This document shows positions 22,998-24,937 of a DNA stretch of 24,937 bases, piece after piece. Position 1 is the stretch's first letter. Every line of letters begins with the position of its first letter. Position numbers and translations under genes: made by a program. A model generated the notes under the pieces. The model did not search any database. It was not told the origin of the DNA and worked only from the letters and a program-made list of their open reading frames with translations. This stretch comes from a virus (lineage: Duplodnaviria > Caudoviricetes), in the IMG/VR virus record IMGVR_UViG_3300037635_005855, positions 1-24,937 of that record; one strand, written 5' to 3'.

Positions 22998-24889
22998 TTT
23001 TCTGCCCAGTTTGTACCGTGAGATGCGTCAGCTTTTGAAGGAACCACTTTGAGGATAGACTCCGCAGCTTCTTTCATACAGCGCTCTAATATCTCTTTGT
23101 ACTCACTGACCTTGTCTTGAATTACTTCAAGGACAAGTTCATCATGCACACAAGCGACTAGACACGCATCATCAGTTAGGTACGGATTTAACTTTGCTAG
23201 TGACAGCTTAAGGATATCAGCACCAGCCCCTTGTATCAATGTATTGGCACAAGCAGACATCGAAGCGTCATCGTAAGAAAGCAAACGCCTTCTCCCTGTT
23301 GGGGTTCTTACATAAGTCCAACCATCTTCAACCATCGCAGCTCTTTCTCTATGCCATTGGCGAAGGCGTGGGTACGCGTTATGAAACGCTTGGTGTGAAA
23401 TTTTAGCTTCTGACAGGCTTATAAAGTTGCCTGACTGTGCTGCATAGGTCTTGTATTTCCTAAAACCCATTCCATACAACAAAGCAAAGTTCAAAGTTTT
23501 TCCTTCTTGTCTTTGAGATTTTTGTACTTCTTCCAACGGAACTTTGTAGATCAAAGCAGCTGTGACCGTATGTAGGTCTTGACCTTTCTGAAAAGCATTT
23601 ATCATTTGAGGTATACCGATTAACTCTGCCCCTAAGCGAAGTTCAATCTGACTAAAGTCACAAATGATTAGCTCATACCCCTCTCTTGAGATAAAACACT
23701 CTCGAAACTCAGTGTGTCTTGGTATTTGTTGAGCGTTAATTGCAAATTGACTCTTTACTTTTTTTGCGTTTGTTTTCTTTGCCCCTGAAGAAGTAAACCT
23801 TCCCGAGTTGGCTCCGTACTGGTTGTAACCTGAATGAATCCTGTGGGTGATGGGATTTACATTAGAAATAAGTTTTTCAGTGTGTTCCAAGCGAGTCTCA
23901 ACCTTGACTCTTTTTCTGAACAAATTAAGAAGTTCACTTGGGCTTGCGAACTCCGCCAATTGGATCTGGTTAAGAGTCGGCTTTCCTGTTCCTGGAGCAA
24001 TCGGTAATTCGATTCCCAAGGATTGGAAGCATCGAATGCACTGTGCTCCAGACCCTGGATTGAATTCTTTCTTAGGTTTCTTGCCGATAGCGAGTGATCC
24101 ATCGTCTCTCTTAGGTAGTTTTTCGTCGATAGGTAGATCGGCATCAAGCCGAGTGCAAAATTCTAGTGTTATTTCCTCTAACTCACAACGAATAGCCTCT
24201 CTTAGTGCTATCAGTTTACTAACATCTACGTTAAATCCTTTATGGCACATTAATGCCACAGGGCGGACACATTTTGACTCAAGAGTGTACAAATCAAGCA
24301 AAGATTCTCCAGCTAATTCAGATAACTGAGCGGATGCGATACTCGGTAAAATGTCTACATCTTTTGCTGCATATGTAATTTGATTGATGTCTAGTTCTAG
24401 TTGACTCCAATCAGAAACTTGTTGATCTTTACTGAGTTCAATGTCTAAACGTCTTTCTACGACTGCCTTTAGCGAACAAGACACATCAGCAAAATAAACC
24501 TTCTGAGCCTGCGGACTAACCCTCTTTTCCTTAAACCCTGCACGTAAGCATCTTTCAGCTAAGTATGTATCAAACACCTTATTTTTATAGTCGATACCGA
24601 GCGATAGAAGGAACTGAAAATCAAAATTTAAATTGTGACCCACAAGCATCTCGCGAGATTCAATCAAATTTTTAAGTCCTGTTATGTCAGGAACCTTAAA
24701 CAGGTCTAACACATAAACAGTCCTATCTTCTTCGTCTTCTTTGGTTGTACATAGCTGTAAAAGCCTCGGTTTAGCCACATGGGAATCAAGCCCCGTGGTC
24801 TCAAAGTCGAGGCAGAGTTTTGGTATATCTTGAAGTTTTTCTAAAGAGGTTTCAAATTGTTCTTGTGTTGTTGCGTAGAAGATTTTCAT
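22994..24889 (-). CDS. polA: Family A DNA polymerase with 3'-5' exonuclease domain
   Basis: Exo motifs LDFETT, GHNLNFD, YAAKD; SGRFTSS; motif A DFSQIELR; motif B RQEGKTLNFALLYG (Phe at the E. coli 762-equivalent site); motif C VHDE. Confidence 0.96.
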   Translation of the reverse strand: MKIFYATTQEQFETSLEKLQDIPKLCLDFETTGLDSHVAKPRLLQLCTTKEDEEDRTVYVLDLFKVPDITGLKNLIESREMLVGHNLNFDFQFLLSLGIDYKNKVFDTYLAERCLRAGFKEKRVSPQAQKVYFADVSCSLKAVVERRLDIELSKDQQVSDWSQLELDINQITYAAKDVDILPSIASAQLSELAGESLLDLYTLESKCVRPVALMCHKGFNVDVSKLIALREAIRCELEEITLEFCTRLDADLPIDEKLPKRDDGSLAIGKKPKKEFNPGSGAQCIRCFQSLGIELPIAPGTGKPTLNQIQLAEFASPSELLNLFRKRVKVETRLEHTEKLISNVNPITHRIHSGYNQYGANSGRFTSSGAKKTNAKKVKSQFAINAQQIPRHTEFRECFISREGYELIICDFSQIELRLGAELIGIPQMINAFQKGQDLHTVTAALIYKVPLEEVQKSQRQEGKTLNFALLYGMGFRKYKTYAAQSGNFISLSEAKISHQAFHNAYPRLRQWHRERAAMVEDGWTYVRTPTGRRRLLSYDDASMSACANTLIQGAGADILKLSLAKLNPYLTDDACLVACVHDELVLEVIQDKVSEYKEILERCMKEAAESILKVVPSKADASHGTNWAEK

Positions 24890-24895
24890 TGGAAG

Positions 24896-24920
24896 AAAAA
24901 AGGGGTGCTTTCACACCCCC
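24896..24920 (-). terminator. Intrinsic terminator
   Basis: On the - strand, GGGGTGT-gaaa-GCACCCC-TTTTTT with a GNRA loop. Confidence 0.8.
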
Positions 24921-24937
24921 GTGTAAGTTGAACGCTT

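Noticed and set aside
4298-24329. Overlapping or antisense ORFs in the track (e.g. 4298..4588, 5551..5733, 8701..8952, 11269..11487, 12010..12285, 12787..13074, 13856..14635, 19079..19964, 22855..23052, 23847..24329)
   Set aside because: They lie within well-supported genes and show no recognisable motifs; treated as shadow ORFs.
13807-24889. Inteins or introns in the primase-helicase or polymerase
   Set aside because: Catalytic motifs are normally spaced in uninterrupted frames, with no intein splice or LAGLIDADG signatures seen.
1-24937. tRNA or rRNA genes
   Set aside because: No cloverleaf with a T-loop and acceptor stem was recognised in any intergenic gap.

Overview
A stretch of tailed dsDNA phage genome, most likely a cyanophage. 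This is inferred from LamG/SPRY tail-fibre genes ending in the 'FAEHPFKTARAR'-type C-terminus, a CP12-like gene, and a cyanobacterial-type lysozyme/C39 endolysin and primase. The left part (1-12.5 kb, mostly + strand) holds two paralogous tail-fibre/receptor-binding genes, tail accessory genes, two HNH proteins, a holin-like ORF, a cluster of small basic proteins and a three-domain endolysin. The right part (12.5-24.9 kb, mostly - strand) holds thyX, a primase-SF3 helicase, a PD-(D/E)XK exonuclease, an apparently inactive methyltransferase homologue, SSB-like genes, a degenerate HNH-HTH protein, the CP12-like gene and family A DNA polymerase. The most notable observations are: (1) the two fibre genes share near-identical DNA anchors around a diverged domain, and a stranded alternative fibre C-terminus follows the first gene, suggesting recombinational cassette exchange; (2) a DUF5872-like protein is split in two around a HiPIP-like Cys-rich gene; (3) unrelated small proteins share short peptide motifs; (4) two divergent genes start on one CATG. 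All family assignments come from motif recognition by eye; no database searches were run.
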